Positions 11,293-21,841 of a stretch of DNA of 64,000 bases are shown piece after piece. The stretch lies in the NCBI GenBank assembly GCA_963713605.1, contig CAVQMO010000001.1, positions 224,001 to 288,000 of the forward strand. The letters run 5' to 3'. The notes beneath the pieces are model-generated. The model did not search any database. It had not been told where the DNA came from and worked only from the letters and a program-made list of their open reading frames with translations. Position numbers and translations under genes: made by a program. Positions within the stretch are counted from its first letter, which is position 1, and each line of letters starts with the position of its first letter. This stretch comes from an uncultured Nitrososphaerales archaeon. Lineage in GTDB: Archaea > Thermoproteota > Nitrososphaeria > Nitrososphaerales > Nitrososphaeraceae.

Positions 11293-11787
11293 CTATAGAT
11301 CGATATGACGCTGATGATTCAACGTCCTGCTAAAACTAGAGAGTACCCATTCTTCGATCCATGTACACTTGGCAGGACTATACTGACTCATATCATCTTC
11401 AGACGAACATAAATGTTGATAATTACAACTGAAACACGGGGCTCCCTCAACGCTATTTATCTCTACTTGTCTTTTTTCAATTTCAGAGGCAGCAGGTTTC
11501 TTTACTATCAACTTATAAGTCCATCTACCGTTGTAAAGGATTTTTTCCCTCGAAATAAGGGCCTGTTTTTCCAAATTCCCCACAAGCCTTGATCCATCGC
11601 GGCTGTCCAGAGAAAAAGTCTTACAAAGTTCGGTTTGGAATATTCCATTCTCTCCACTTCGAGAGATGGTTTGGAGCGCCTGTTCGACTAAACTATTTCT
11701 AGTTTTAACTGAAATTTTCATAGGAGTAACTATTTCTGATGGCAAAATGTAATTATTATTAACCAACATAGATATAAAAATCTTCAC
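11293..11787 (-). CDS. TFE beta / RPC34-like wHTH plus Fe-S protein
   Basis: GIFQTEL...GSRLVGNLEKQALISR...GRWTY followed by PCFSC...C...SPAKC-W, the 4-Cys cluster of RPC34 homologues. Confidence 0.82.
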   Translation of the reverse strand: MKIFISMLVNNNYILPSEIVTPMKISVKTRNSLVEQALQTISRSGENGIFQTELCKTFSLDSRDGSRLVGNLEKQALISREKILYNGRWTYKLIVKKPAASEIEKRQVEINSVEGAPCFSCNYQHLCSSEDDMSQYSPAKCTWIEEWVLSSFSRTLNHQRHIDL

Positions 11788-11981
11788 GCTTGTCCAGATA
11801 TTTTTGGCCAGGCCTTAATTTCCACGACCGGCTAGTAAGGCTGGTCAGGGATATAACACTGTAGGATTCTAATGTACAGTGAAGCTATAATATCCTTACG
11901 ACTATGATTCCTATCAAAGGCGAAGTATAATTTAGTAAATAGATTTATAGTATCTAGATCGGTAACTTTACGATTCCAAAG

Positions 11982-12335
11982 ATGATAAGGATCTGTAATA
12001 GTGATGATATAAAGGATAATTCATTGAATGTTTTCACAATTAACAATAAGGATATCCTTGTAGGAAGAAGAAACGGAAGGCTATTTGCGTGCAGCAATTC
12101 ATGTCCTCACAGAGGAGCCTCCTTATCAAAGGGACATTTTAATGGGAATAACATAGTATGCTATATGCACGAGTATGAATATAATACTTTCACAGGCACG
12201 TTAGAAAATATGAAATCTTGGAAAAAGGAAGATAGCTGGATGGAACAGAGCCCCAATTGGCGAAAGTCAGGCAATTTGAAATTGTATAAAATTGATGAAC
12301 ACGACAACGGCATTTTCATCGAAGAGCCAATTTAA
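11982..12335 (+). CDS. Rieske [2Fe-2S] protein
   Basis: CPHRGA...CYMH Rieske ligands. Confidence 0.9.
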   Translation: MIRICNSDDIKDNSLNVFTINNKDILVGRRNGRLFACSNSCPHRGASLSKGHFNGNNIVCYMHEYEYNTFTGTLENMKSWKKEDSWMEQSPNWRKSGNLKLYKIDEHDNGIFIEEPI

Positions 12336-13069
12336 CGGTTCTAGATTAGACACAAATAAGAAATGCCCTAAGCACTGGATACTGATGATTATGCCGTATA
12401 ATTTTTTCACATTTTTTTGGTCTTTTACTACTTAAGCGCATGAGTAAGTTTACCGCTTAGTTGAATCAAACAAATTGTCCAGCTGAATCAGGATAAGAAT
12501 CGATCATCGGAGTGGCGCCTCTCGGGAGAACGGTAGAAAATCGTGGTCAAGCAATTACTCCAATTCAATACTGAAATAGAACAGGCGTATGCGCGAGTAG
12601 AATCTCTTGTGTTGTTCTCTTAATGGACCAAGGAAAGGATACATGAGGCATTGGTAGAACTAACGCTAGAGGACTTCTCACAGGGTAATTAAAGGGCTAT
12701 TATAAATGCTTGATGGCATAGAGTTTAAGAATCAATAAACAACTAACTAGTGAAGATATCTAGATAAGAGACCATTACGATAGGTCGTTACTAAAGAGGG
12801 AACACAACATGATAGGATCCTACATGACAGATAACCAAGATCCGTTAATTTGAGCACCCTACTTTCTGGCCAATTGGAAAATATTATGTAGTGATGCTTT
12901 TATCGAATGAAGTCCATCAGATTCTGTGTTAAATAGAATCATAATAGCAAAGTAAAAGTCGCTAAAAAACGTTAACTATTTTATTCTCTCGTATGTATTT
13001 TAACCACAAAATCAAGAGAAGCAAACATTTTATTTATGCATATGATATATTCACTATACCCGTTCAATC

Positions 13070-13396
13070 ATGGTGCGAAAACGAATCTATGTTGCCGGTA
13101 AAAGTGGAGATTCTTGGTATCAGCTACCCCCTTCCATGCGACAGGATTATAAGACTACTCTAGCAAAAAAGTATGGATCTAGATGTAATCCTATCCGCAG
13201 CCTCTCGACTTTCCAAGGGGTGGACAACAAATATTCCAAGGGTTGTGGTAAATATTTTCCTATCGGTTTGCTTACAGTAGACCACATCATTCCTATATCT
13301 AAAGGGGGACCAGTCTTCGACATCGGAAATATGCAATTATTGTGCTGGCAATGCCATAAGAAGAAGACCACTGAAAACGACATGATAGACGTATGA
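13070..13396 (+). CDS. HNH endonuclease
   Basis: TVDHIIPISKGG...NMQLLCWQCHKKKT. Confidence 0.9.
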   Translation: MVRKRIYVAGKSGDSWYQLPPSMRQDYKTTLAKKYGSRCNPIRSLSTFQGVDNKYSKGCGKYFPIGLLTVDHIIPISKGGPVFDIGNMQLLCWQCHKKKTTENDMIDV

Positions 13397-13576
13397 TCTC
13401 CAACATCGAACAAACCGTTGCTTTAATTCAGTTTTGGCTGCTTAATAATTTGAATATTGCTAGAATTTCAATTATCGAGTTCAGAATTCTGTCTTAAACA
13501 TTCAATAGGATTTAATTTAAATAATCGTAGAAATCTAGTACGTCCTTGTCTGGTTATCAATGGGCAAGACATGAAT

Positions 13577-13662
13577 GGTGGGGTGGCAGAGCGGCTATGC
13601 GTTCGCCTGCAGAATTCAATGTAGTAAGCGAATCTATAAGGGTTCGAATCCCTTCCCCACCT
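13577..13662 (+). tRNA. tRNA-Cys(GCA) with 14-nt canonical (37/38) intron at 13613-13626
   Basis: Acceptor GGTGGGG/CCCCACC, anticodon stem TTCGC/GCGAA, T-loop TTCGAAT, BHB helix CTGC/GTAG. Confidence 0.95.
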
Positions 13663-13985
13663 CTAATCCAAATTCCTGGTAATATCTTGAATACTGAATA
13701 AAACTGCACGATCTATTTCCCGCTCACGGAAGATAGGATTAATCGATTTAATTCGACAATCGAGCCAACGGCATTTATCTGATTGATAACTTCCGTGTTC
13801 GAGAAGGTTCTTTCAGAACATTTACCTATCAAAGGTGTGAGTTAGCTTATCCAATCCCAACAACAAGCCTGGATTGACAGTCAATGTTGCCCTTGCACCT
13901 TGAACGTCCATGTTTAATAATCATCTAGAACCGATAGCGCTCGTAAAGTATAGATATCTGCATAAATGAATCATGTATTGCTCTG

Positions 13986-14180
13986 ATGCACGAGGAGGAT
14001 ACCTCAATGGCCATTGGTAAGCCGCGGACTGAACTCGATGATCCGATAAATAACCTACTCATTGTAATCAATAAGCTGGTAGACCTCGAGAGTAAAACGG
14101 ATTATCAAAGTAGTGCAATAGAGGAAATCCAGGATAACCTTCGCAGTATAATAGGCCTACTTGAAAGATCAAAGAAATGA
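13986..14180 (+). CDS. Small coiled-coil hypothetical protein
   Basis: 64-aa helical ORF. Confidence 0.5.
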   Translation: MHEEDTSMAIGKPRTELDDPINNLLIVINKLVDLESKTDYQSSAIEEIQDNLRSIIGLLERSKK

Positions 14181-14302
14181 GACTTGGCATTATTATTGGA
14201 CTTGATGAATTTTGGATTTACTGTAAGGAATAGTCTGATCTGTCTGAATGCCTTATTAACGAAAGAATTATCACGTCCACACTTATCCAGATATGTAAGG
14301 AA

Positions 14303-14533
14303 ATGCGTAATATCACAATACAAGCCCCCAGCGGAATTCCGGCCATCTTGGAAGAGAAATTGAGAAGCAAGTATGAAGTGAAGGTAGAATTGATCCCTGA
14401 TAATCCTAAGGCAATTTGTCAAATTACGGCAAGGAAAAATAGAAAGTGGATTACGATCTGCAGCTTTGCTTCAGACGAAAATATCAAGGACATTATTACG
14501 ATGTTTGAAGTTAATTCCCAATTAAGGAGGTGA
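14303..14533 (+). CDS. Small hypothetical protein
   Basis: 76-aa ATG ORF with globular composition. Confidence 0.65.
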   Translation: MRNITIQAPSGIPAILEEKLRSKYEVKVELIPDNPKAICQITARKNRKWITICSFASDENIKDIITMFEVNSQLRR

Positions 14534-14713
14534 ATACTAATGAACAGGGAAACTTTTGGGTTTCTTATTCTTATTTCATTCCAATTGGTATTCTTAAACT
14601 GGAAGATGAATCATATTGAGGTATTGCAGACCAGCATCGGGAATTCTCTATTTGTGTGTATCTATTTAAGGTAGGTTGCATCAAAATGCCATAGAGTACA
14701 AGAATGCACACGG

Positions 14714-15145
14714 ATGCCCATAAACATAGGTGTATTCCAATTGGATGATAGATGGGACGAAGACAAATTTCAGGAAGATGGTCTTCGTGGTAAAGTGAGA
14801 CGAAACTATATAAAAATTATAAAGGTTGGTATAATCGTCGGATTTGTCGTTGTAGCATTGGTTGTATTGTCGGTATTCATTCCAAGGGTTGGAGTAAACA
14901 TCGAAATAATAGAACGAGGTGGATTGATTGATTCGATAACGGCAAAAATCAGTAACAATAATTTCGATTCACTGAACGATGTTGTGGTTCAGTTTGGAGA
15001 GAACGGAATTCCCCAGAACCTTGGAAACATTGGGCCCTTTGCGTCTGTGTTTTCTTCCCCAAACCCAAGCGAACTAGAATTTGACCGAATTATTTTAACA
15101 GCAAATGATGGTGAGGTTCGAGTAGTCAAGTACAGGAACCAATAA
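14714..15145 (+). CDS. Single-TM hypothetical protein
   Basis: TM segment VGIIVGFVVVALVVLSVF followed by a beta-rich domain. Confidence 0.7.
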   Translation: MPINIGVFQLDDRWDEDKFQEDGLRGKVRRNYIKIIKVGIIVGFVVVALVVLSVFIPRVGVNIEIIERGGLIDSITAKISNNNFDSLNDVVVQFGENGIPQNLGNIGPFASVFSSPNPSELEFDRIILTANDGEVRVVKYRNQ

Positions 15146-15244
15146 TTGGTATGATAGTAACTCAATTCACGTTTTTTGCCTATATATCTCTCTTGTGAGA
15201 AGAAATAAGGTCTGAATATTATAACAGCAAAGCCACAAATTATT

Positions 15245-15646
15245 TCATTGCAAGGGATTGTTAGAATGCCCAACTACGCTGTCATCTTTCATCAGAATGC
15301 AACACGCACAATTTTCATTAATGCAGGTGCTTGATACCTTATGCTTACATATAGCACAAATGCATTCTTCGTTCGATTCTGCTTGAACTTGTCTACTTGG
15401 CAAACCGCCTTTTTGGGTAAGATTCTTTGATTCCCTCAATCTTGTGCTTAGGTAAAGCCAGGCTGTAAATAGCGAAATTCCTATAATTATGATCGGAAGG
15501 CTAATTACAGCTGCCCGTAATGAAAATAATATTACGCCCAATAGGATCATCGTAATTCCGATGGCAAACACCCAAGTGTAAGAGAGCGGTCGGTTTCCAT
15601 GTGGCGAGATTGAAGGATCAGATTTTGTAGGATTTGTGGAGCTCAT
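15245..15646 (-). CDS. Two-TM protein with Cys-rich C-terminus
   Basis: Two TM helices, then CICAICKH...C...CACC...H. Confidence 0.7.
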   Translation of the reverse strand: MSSTNPTKSDPSISPHGNRPLSYTWVFAIGITMILLGVILFSLRAAVISLPIIIIGISLFTAWLYLSTRLRESKNLTQKGGLPSRQVQAESNEECICAICKHKVSSTCINENCACCILMKDDSVVGHSNNPLQ

Positions 15647-16392
15647 CCCTCAATAAATCACCATTGAAAAGGCATTCCCACAGAATCACTGTCAATACCA
15701 TTCTTTAAACGAAATTTTCCTTTTTCATCTGCGTACTTTTCTCCTATCTGATATTCTCGAGCATTTCATATCATTAGAATCTGAAATTTGATTCAACCAA
15801 TTACACACAGGTGTCAAAACCATAGAATTAGATTCAAAATTGCAGTCAATCGCATCTATATTATGCTTAAAAATAGCTGGTTCGTCGTCGCGATCAATTT
15901 CCCTTGCTGCCAATAGGTTGAGATTCGTAAGCTGTAGTAAGGCAAGCTTAATCATTTTTGAGTTGCTCGATTCAGAATACTCTGCTCTCATTATTAGAGT
16001 TATTGGTGATCTAAATCCTCGTCATCTGCGTGCGATCCCGAATCACTGCACTAGTATTTAACTGCTGACTCCAGGGCTGGTTTTATTTCTTACCTCAGAG
16101 GTACATTTCGAGTTAGGCTAAAATTTTTTCCACATCGTTGCCTATTATGAAGGCTATTGATTCTTGTTGAACAATTCATGATCGCATGGCATTCTAGCCA
16201 GATTGATCCCGCAGACTTTTTTGCACGTCGTAAGGCAAAGCGAACTGTCTACATAATCAATGGATCTGAATATTGGGAATACTCTTAAGGTGCTCCTGAG
16301 CAAGAGCAATTATCTTTTTGTCCTATTTCACTTAGGATGAAACTTCCAGATAATTATTTATCTAATTATGCTTATCTAGGTCATAAGATGAT

Positions 16393-17229
16393 ATGAACGA
16401 ATTATGTCGGATAGCAGTCGTGCAAATGAAGTCAGATACAGACAAGAAGAAGAACTTGGCACAATCAAAGGACTACATTAAAGAAGCTCGATATAAAAAT
16501 GCACAGATCATATGTTTTCCTGAATTTCAAATGGGTTTTTCTCCATCGAATCAAAAACCCATCGAATTGAGCGGGATCTCTGAAGCCGTGAATACTGGCA
16601 ATTTCGTAAAGTCATTAGGCCGATGCGCAAAAGAAAATGAAATAGATCTTATAAGCACAATCTATGAAAAGGCTCGAACCAAGAACAAAGTCTTTGATTC
16701 TGCACTTGCAATTAGAAAGGATGGGCTCATCATGGCTCATTACAGAAAAATTCATTTATACGATGCGCTGGGTTTTAGAGAATCGGATAAATTTCTAGCC
16801 GGAAATAGTATTGAGAAACCTTTTCAATTTGAGGCTGCAAAAATAGGCCTCATGATCTGCTACGACATCCGCTTTCCTGAAGTGTCTAGGATACTGAGCG
16901 TGTTGGGCGCAGAGCTTCTAGTAATCCCTTCAGCATGGGTGCATGGGGTTATGAAAGAAGAACATTGGCAGACTTTGATAAAGGCCAGAGCAATTGAGAA
17001 TGGCATCTTTGTAATTGCACCAGATCAGATAGGAAACATATATACTGGAAGAAGTATGGTAGTTGATCCCTTTGGGACTGTCTTGTTAGATATGGGTAAT
17101 AAAGAAGGGATGGAGGTGGTGGAATTAGAGAAATCTGATATTACAAAAGTGAGAGGAAAGTTACCACTTCTAAAGAACAGAAGAACAGATGTCTACAAGA
17201 AAAGTCTCTTTGCATTTACTAACCGCTAA
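16393..17229 (+). CDS. Carbon-nitrogen hydrolase (Nit1-like amidase)
   Basis: FPE, YRKIHLYD, ICYDIRFPE and RAIENG, giving the E-K-C catalytic triad. Confidence 0.93.
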   Translation: MNELCRIAVVQMKSDTDKKKNLAQSKDYIKEARYKNAQIICFPEFQMGFSPSNQKPIELSGISEAVNTGNFVKSLGRCAKENEIDLISTIYEKARTKNKVFDSALAIRKDGLIMAHYRKIHLYDALGFRESDKFLAGNSIEKPFQFEAAKIGLMICYDIRFPEVSRILSVLGAELLVIPSAWVHGVMKEEHWQTLIKARAIENGIFVIAPDQIGNIYTGRSMVVDPFGTVLLDMGNKEGMEVVELEKSDITKVRGKLPLLKNRRTDVYKKSLFAFTNR

Positions 17230-18145
17230 TCTTCTGAAATTTTCTTTATTGTGGGTTGAATGACATTCAAGGGGCAGGTTTGTTTCAAGGGGAGAACTCT
17301 AATTATATTCGGATATTATCTTGAATGCAGGCAATAAGCGTATCATCAAATTCTATCTGTCGCCATCAGAAGCATCGGGAAGATGACAAGGAGAGCTTAT
17401 TCCCATGCTAGAAGCAGTAATCAACTTCCACATTCGCGTTGATTTTTTTACTTTACCTTACTGTAGCTACAATTTTATAGAATTGACCTTTTGGGCATTT
17501 GCAATAATATTGGGATCGGACTCGAAATTCGAGTCCACATATCACGATTCATATCTGAAAAAAAGTATGCTGTTACCAATGGCAGGAATTATAATAGTTT
17601 GGGAAATCACATCTAGTTCAGCGACAGTACACATAATTATCATGAATTAGTATCTCTTTCTATACTATCTCTTTAGTATCTCTTTCTACACGGAGTATAA
17701 TTCAGATCTTTAACCCAATGACATTCGCGAGAGGAAAATTGAACCGAATAAATAATCAATGATCTGTGTGGTACGTGAATAGATATATACAGCAATATTG
17801 GGAAGAGTCATATTAAGTGCTTGTTCTATCTTGATCAAAAAATTGTGTCTGCTCTCTGATTTGTTGTGCAATTGGATTAGGAAAATAAGTCTGTACGAAG
17901 AAAGCCGCTGCGACTACAAGTATTAACATAGTTAACGCAATAATCGAGGTGATATTATTGCTCGAAAGAATCACTTCTTAATATTCGCGTTACATAAATA
18001 TATGTATGCTTCCATTTTGTTTTAAGTAGAAGTGGGATGCTATTTAAAGGGCAATAATTGGTTAATTTAGTACAGACCATCTTCCATTGATTCTGTTTGA
18101 ACAGTTACACTTGGGATATTATTGCCTCGTATAAATGAACAATAG

Positions 18146-18856
18146 CTATGGGAATACCTGCTCACCACTTTGTCTATCAATAATTCTGATAGCCTTTGTA
18201 GGGCAGGTTTCTGCTGCAGATAATATATCTTCAAAAGGAGCACCGTCTTCTGATTCAATTCGGACTTTAGGATTTATGATCTTGTTCTTTTCCAGCACAA
18301 ATACTTTAGGCGCCAATACCTCACAGCTTCCGAACGCCATGCATAATGAAGGTTCTACTGATATGCTGAAGCGCGCAAGTGGCTTGGAGCTCTCTTCATT
18401 ATCTTCAACCATTATCACAGACGGATCCTTTCTGATTCTTGTGCTCTGCCTGTCCCCAAATTTCTCGTGCCTCCATTCTTTGTATTCATTTCCTGTAGAC
18501 TTTTGATTTTCTTTCTGATTGGGATAAACTGTGGACTCGTAGGAATTTCTAGGCTTTGCGGCTGGGTTTCTGAAGCTTTCATGAGGTTGCTGACTTTTCT
18601 TGTCTACTTTAGTCTGATAGTCAGTAGACAAACTGCTATTTTGAATAGGACTTGTTACATCATACTGTTTTCTCTTGTCTTTATCTGAAAGAATTTCAAA
18701 GGCTGCGTTGATTTTCTTAATCATGTCTCCTGAATGACTTGATGTGTTTCTATCAGGATGGTGCTTTCTGACCAGCCGGCGGTATGCCTTTCTGATGTCG
18801 TGATAGCTAGAGTCATCTGAAACTCCCAGTGTTTTGTAGTATCCTAAGTGGTCCAA
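18146..18856 (-). CDS. DnaJ-ferredoxin fusion protein
   Basis: J-domain with HPD plus C-terminal ferredoxin (CMAFGSC...CP). Confidence 0.92.
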   Translation of the reverse strand: MDHLGYYKTLGVSDDSSYHDIRKAYRRLVRKHHPDRNTSSHSGDMIKKINAAFEILSDKDKRKQYDVTSPIQNSSLSTDYQTKVDKKSQQPHESFRNPAAKPRNSYESTVYPNQKENQKSTGNEYKEWRHEKFGDRQSTRIRKDPSVIMVEDNEESSKPLARFSISVEPSLCMAFGSCEVLAPKVFVLEKNKIINPKVRIESEDGAPFEDILSAAETCPTKAIRIIDRQSGEQVFP

Positions 18857-19173
18857 GTATGTTTATTATCATCCTATGTTCTCCCTGACCTTTATATCCT
18901 GAGCTGCTGGGTCTACCGCAAATTTCTTTCTCGTGATTTAGGCCAAGGTTACTCTTCTTATGATTTGGTTTGACTCAGACGATAGTTCGTAACTTCCAAA
19001 CTCCTAAATCATGAGGCTCAATATTGAAAGAGAATGAAAGCTAGGAGTTTCAGCCAAAAAGTAACCCCTTCAGGATAAGTAACTGATTTCGTGGTTAATG
19101 GGGTGTTAACGTGATTCGTGATTAAAATGAAGGCGATAAGATAGCCTCTGGACTACGTAATCACACAGAATCA

Positions 19174-19968
19174 TTAATTCATCTGATCTATTATTCTACT
19201 GATGATCTTGCTATTTCTGTCCGCATAAACAGGCGATTCAATATCTATCCAATCTGTGCTGTCATCCAGACTGTAAGAATAAAGATTAGCGCCTTTCGAA
19301 GGCAGGTGTGCCAAGATATCGTGCGACAAATTAAAGCTATTGGTTTGCTTATTTCGAGCAATTGATTCTTGTCGTTGGTGTAAATATTCAAATACTTTTT
19401 TACTAAATAAATAAATCCCAAGTGCTTCAGGGGATTCTAATTCAGCAATTGGCTTTTCAATAAATTCTTCTATTTTGTTGCAGTCTTTATCACGGACAGT
19501 AACTCTCCCAGTCTCTTCATATCGATGGTTTCTTGTTACCAGAATCCCTGTGATTTCTTTGCCGCTCTCCAGCTGCATATTCAACGTATTATAACGGCTG
19601 ACTAATTCCATCAAATTCAACGCACAGAGATTATCCGCAAACCAAACAAGAAACGGTTCGCTCCCATTTTTTATCCAATCCTCAGCTCTTAAGACTGCTC
19701 CACCTGTCCCACTCTGGTTGTCCTCAATGAACGAAATCTTTTTGTGGATTATGCTCCCTTTTCCTTCGAAATAGTTAATGATTTGGTTTCCAAAGGAATC
19801 AAACTCACATACGACAAGAATTTCGTCTATAATCTCGAACTGTGCAAGATATCTTACAACGTGGTCTATTACAGGTCTTCCTTCTATGGGAATCATTGAT
19901 TTAGGAACAAAATCGCTAAATGGCCTTGCTCTTGTACCTCTACCGCCTGCAAGCAGTACTACTTTCAT
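19174..19968 (-). CDS. Sugar-phosphate nucleotidyltransferase
   Basis: LAGGRGTR...PK, GTGGA and FIEKP motifs. Confidence 0.9.
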   Translation of the reverse strand: MKVVLLAGGRGTRARPFSDFVPKSMIPIEGRPVIDHVVRYLAQFEIIDEILVVCEFDSFGNQIINYFEGKGSIIHKKISFIEDNQSGTGGAVLRAEDWIKNGSEPFLVWFADNLCALNLMELVSRYNTLNMQLESGKEITGILVTRNHRYEETGRVTVRDKDCNKIEEFIEKPIAELESPEALGIYLFSKKVFEYLHQRQESIARNKQTNSFNLSHDILAHLPSKGANLYSYSLDDSTDWIDIESPVYADRNSKIISRIIDQMN

Positions 19969-20228
19969 GATTCATCATGAATTAACTGGTAATGGACTTT
20001 ATCAATTTTCTTGATAATATTTCACCATAGTCGATGCCTACAGACTAATTGAATATAGTCCAATGTAGCGTCCTGCGAATCTGACATGCGATCTTGGCGA
20101 GCAATTGATATCATCAAGCATGCAACAGGCATTGTACGTTTTCTTTATTCATTTCATTCTAATCATTGATGAAACTGAGTATTGAATAACTTCAGAAATT
20201 CACGTTAAAGCCATGTTTGGGAAAACTT

Positions 20229-21018
20229 TTACCTCAGCTTCTTGCCCAAGAATTTCTCAGTATTCAATGCGATGAATTCAATTGCTTCTAAATAGGATAT
20301 ATCAAGAGCTTCTCCCACAGCTTCAGCTACGGTTACCAGGAATGATGTTGGCAATGCAGGTAATTCTGTAAAGCATCTGGGGTACCGAACGGGTCCATCT
20401 GTCTCAATAAGAATCCTATTTTTGTCCGTATTTTTTAGAAGTACTCGTTTGTCTTCAGAAAATACTAAAGGCGGACCATATGAGACATACGCACCTATGT
20501 CCATTAGAACGCGCAATTGCTTCTTATTACCGGAGAACCAATGGAAGAGAAGATTCACTAGGTTGTAAGATTTTATCAAATCTAAAATATCGTCGAGAGA
20601 TTTTCTGGAATGGATAGATACTGGTTTGTTCGACTTTTCTGCAAGGCTCAGCATTGCTTGGAACACCTGTCTCTGCTTTTGATATGAATTCCCTTTAGTT
20701 AGTGTGTATGTTGGATCGAGTCCGATTTCTCCTATCCCTCCAATCGAACCGGAATATTCAGAGTAGATCTCCATGAACTTTTCGATATCAGACTTCATGA
20801 GCAAATTGTGGATGAATTCCTATAAATTGAGTTACTATATCATTGTTGGATTGACCAAAGGATTTAATTCCATTTAAGGTAGTAGTGATATCTACTGTAA
20901 CGGAACATACATGCATGTTCATTGTTCTAATACTCGTTAATATCTCTTTCAAATAGGGAGAAAATTCAGGATCTGTTAGATGAACGTGCGCGTCACATAA
21001 CAAGGGGTGGGTTGTCAC
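20229..21018 (-). CDS. tatD: TatD-family hydrolase (frameshift near 20795)
   Basis: DAHVH and GIHP in the upstream ORF. GEIGLD, IHSR, HWF and ETD in the downstream ORF. Confidence 0.88.
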
Positions 21019-21229
21019 CCTTTGTATTATGACAAACCCCTTCTTATCAAGTTTGACATTTTAACCTCTGGAGTTATCCTATTGCGATGGATCGACCCAA
21101 GTAAGCATTATGTAATTTGTTAAAAAGATCTGGATGTATTCATCTGCACGCTCCTTGTTGGTATTTAGTTTATTATCGACACAGAAGAACCTCTGTTGAA
21201 GAAAAGAACAAAAATTCCGACGAATTGTT

Positions 21230-21457
21230 TCATATTCTAAGTACGGTTCTGGTAGCCAGACGAATGTCTTCAGGTTTTATTGTTTTCCTACCAGCATGTA
21301 GCGACAACTCAACTGCACTCTTTGCAATTTTTTCAGCTATTTGTTCTAAAACCATTCGTAGTTCATTAGCGGCATCGTCACTCACTCTCTCTGCACCTGA
21401 TTTTCTAATAATACGTTGCATCCCAGCAAGGCCTAGTTCAGGTCCAGAGGAGAACAT
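21230..21457 (-). CDS. Archaeal histone
   Basis: RIIRKSGAERVS...HAGRKTIKPEDI histone fold. Confidence 0.95.
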   Translation of the reverse strand: MFSSGPELGLAGMQRIIRKSGAERVSDDAANELRMVLEQIAEKIAKSAVELSLHAGRKTIKPEDIRLATRTVLRI

Positions 21458-21841
21458 GCTTATATGTTAAATCCAAGACTAAAGGTATATTTTCAGAGCA
21501 GTCAATTAGTTTAAATCATTTTGTGTTCCTTTGCAAGCCAACATAGCCTAACCGAGATTCAAAAGGATCCTAATTGGCCCACTTTGGATCAAGAGCTTAT
21601 CGCTTTAGCTCGGAAACATTCGGAGGCCCCACCTACCAGACTTGAAAATGTTCTCAATTGCCCTGATGGCTTTTTATCAGAGGCGATGAGAGTTCTCGCT
21701 GACCCAGGAACTAGGAACGATTACAAATTTGATCGTTAAATGGATGGTACGTATTAACAAAAGGGGTCACTCGATCTTTAATACGTCACTCATAGTTGGA
21801 ATGAGATACTATCTATTTAAAGAGGTAATGCTTTTCGAAGA

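Noticed and set aside
15725..16061. Opposing 88-aa and 73-aa ORFs
   Set aside because: No recognisable features, so neither can be supported.
21535..21800. RNase P RNA, SRP RNA or hammerhead ribozyme
   Set aside because: GAGGAAAGTCC, the SRP helix-8 motif and the CUGANGA...GAAA core were not found on either strand.
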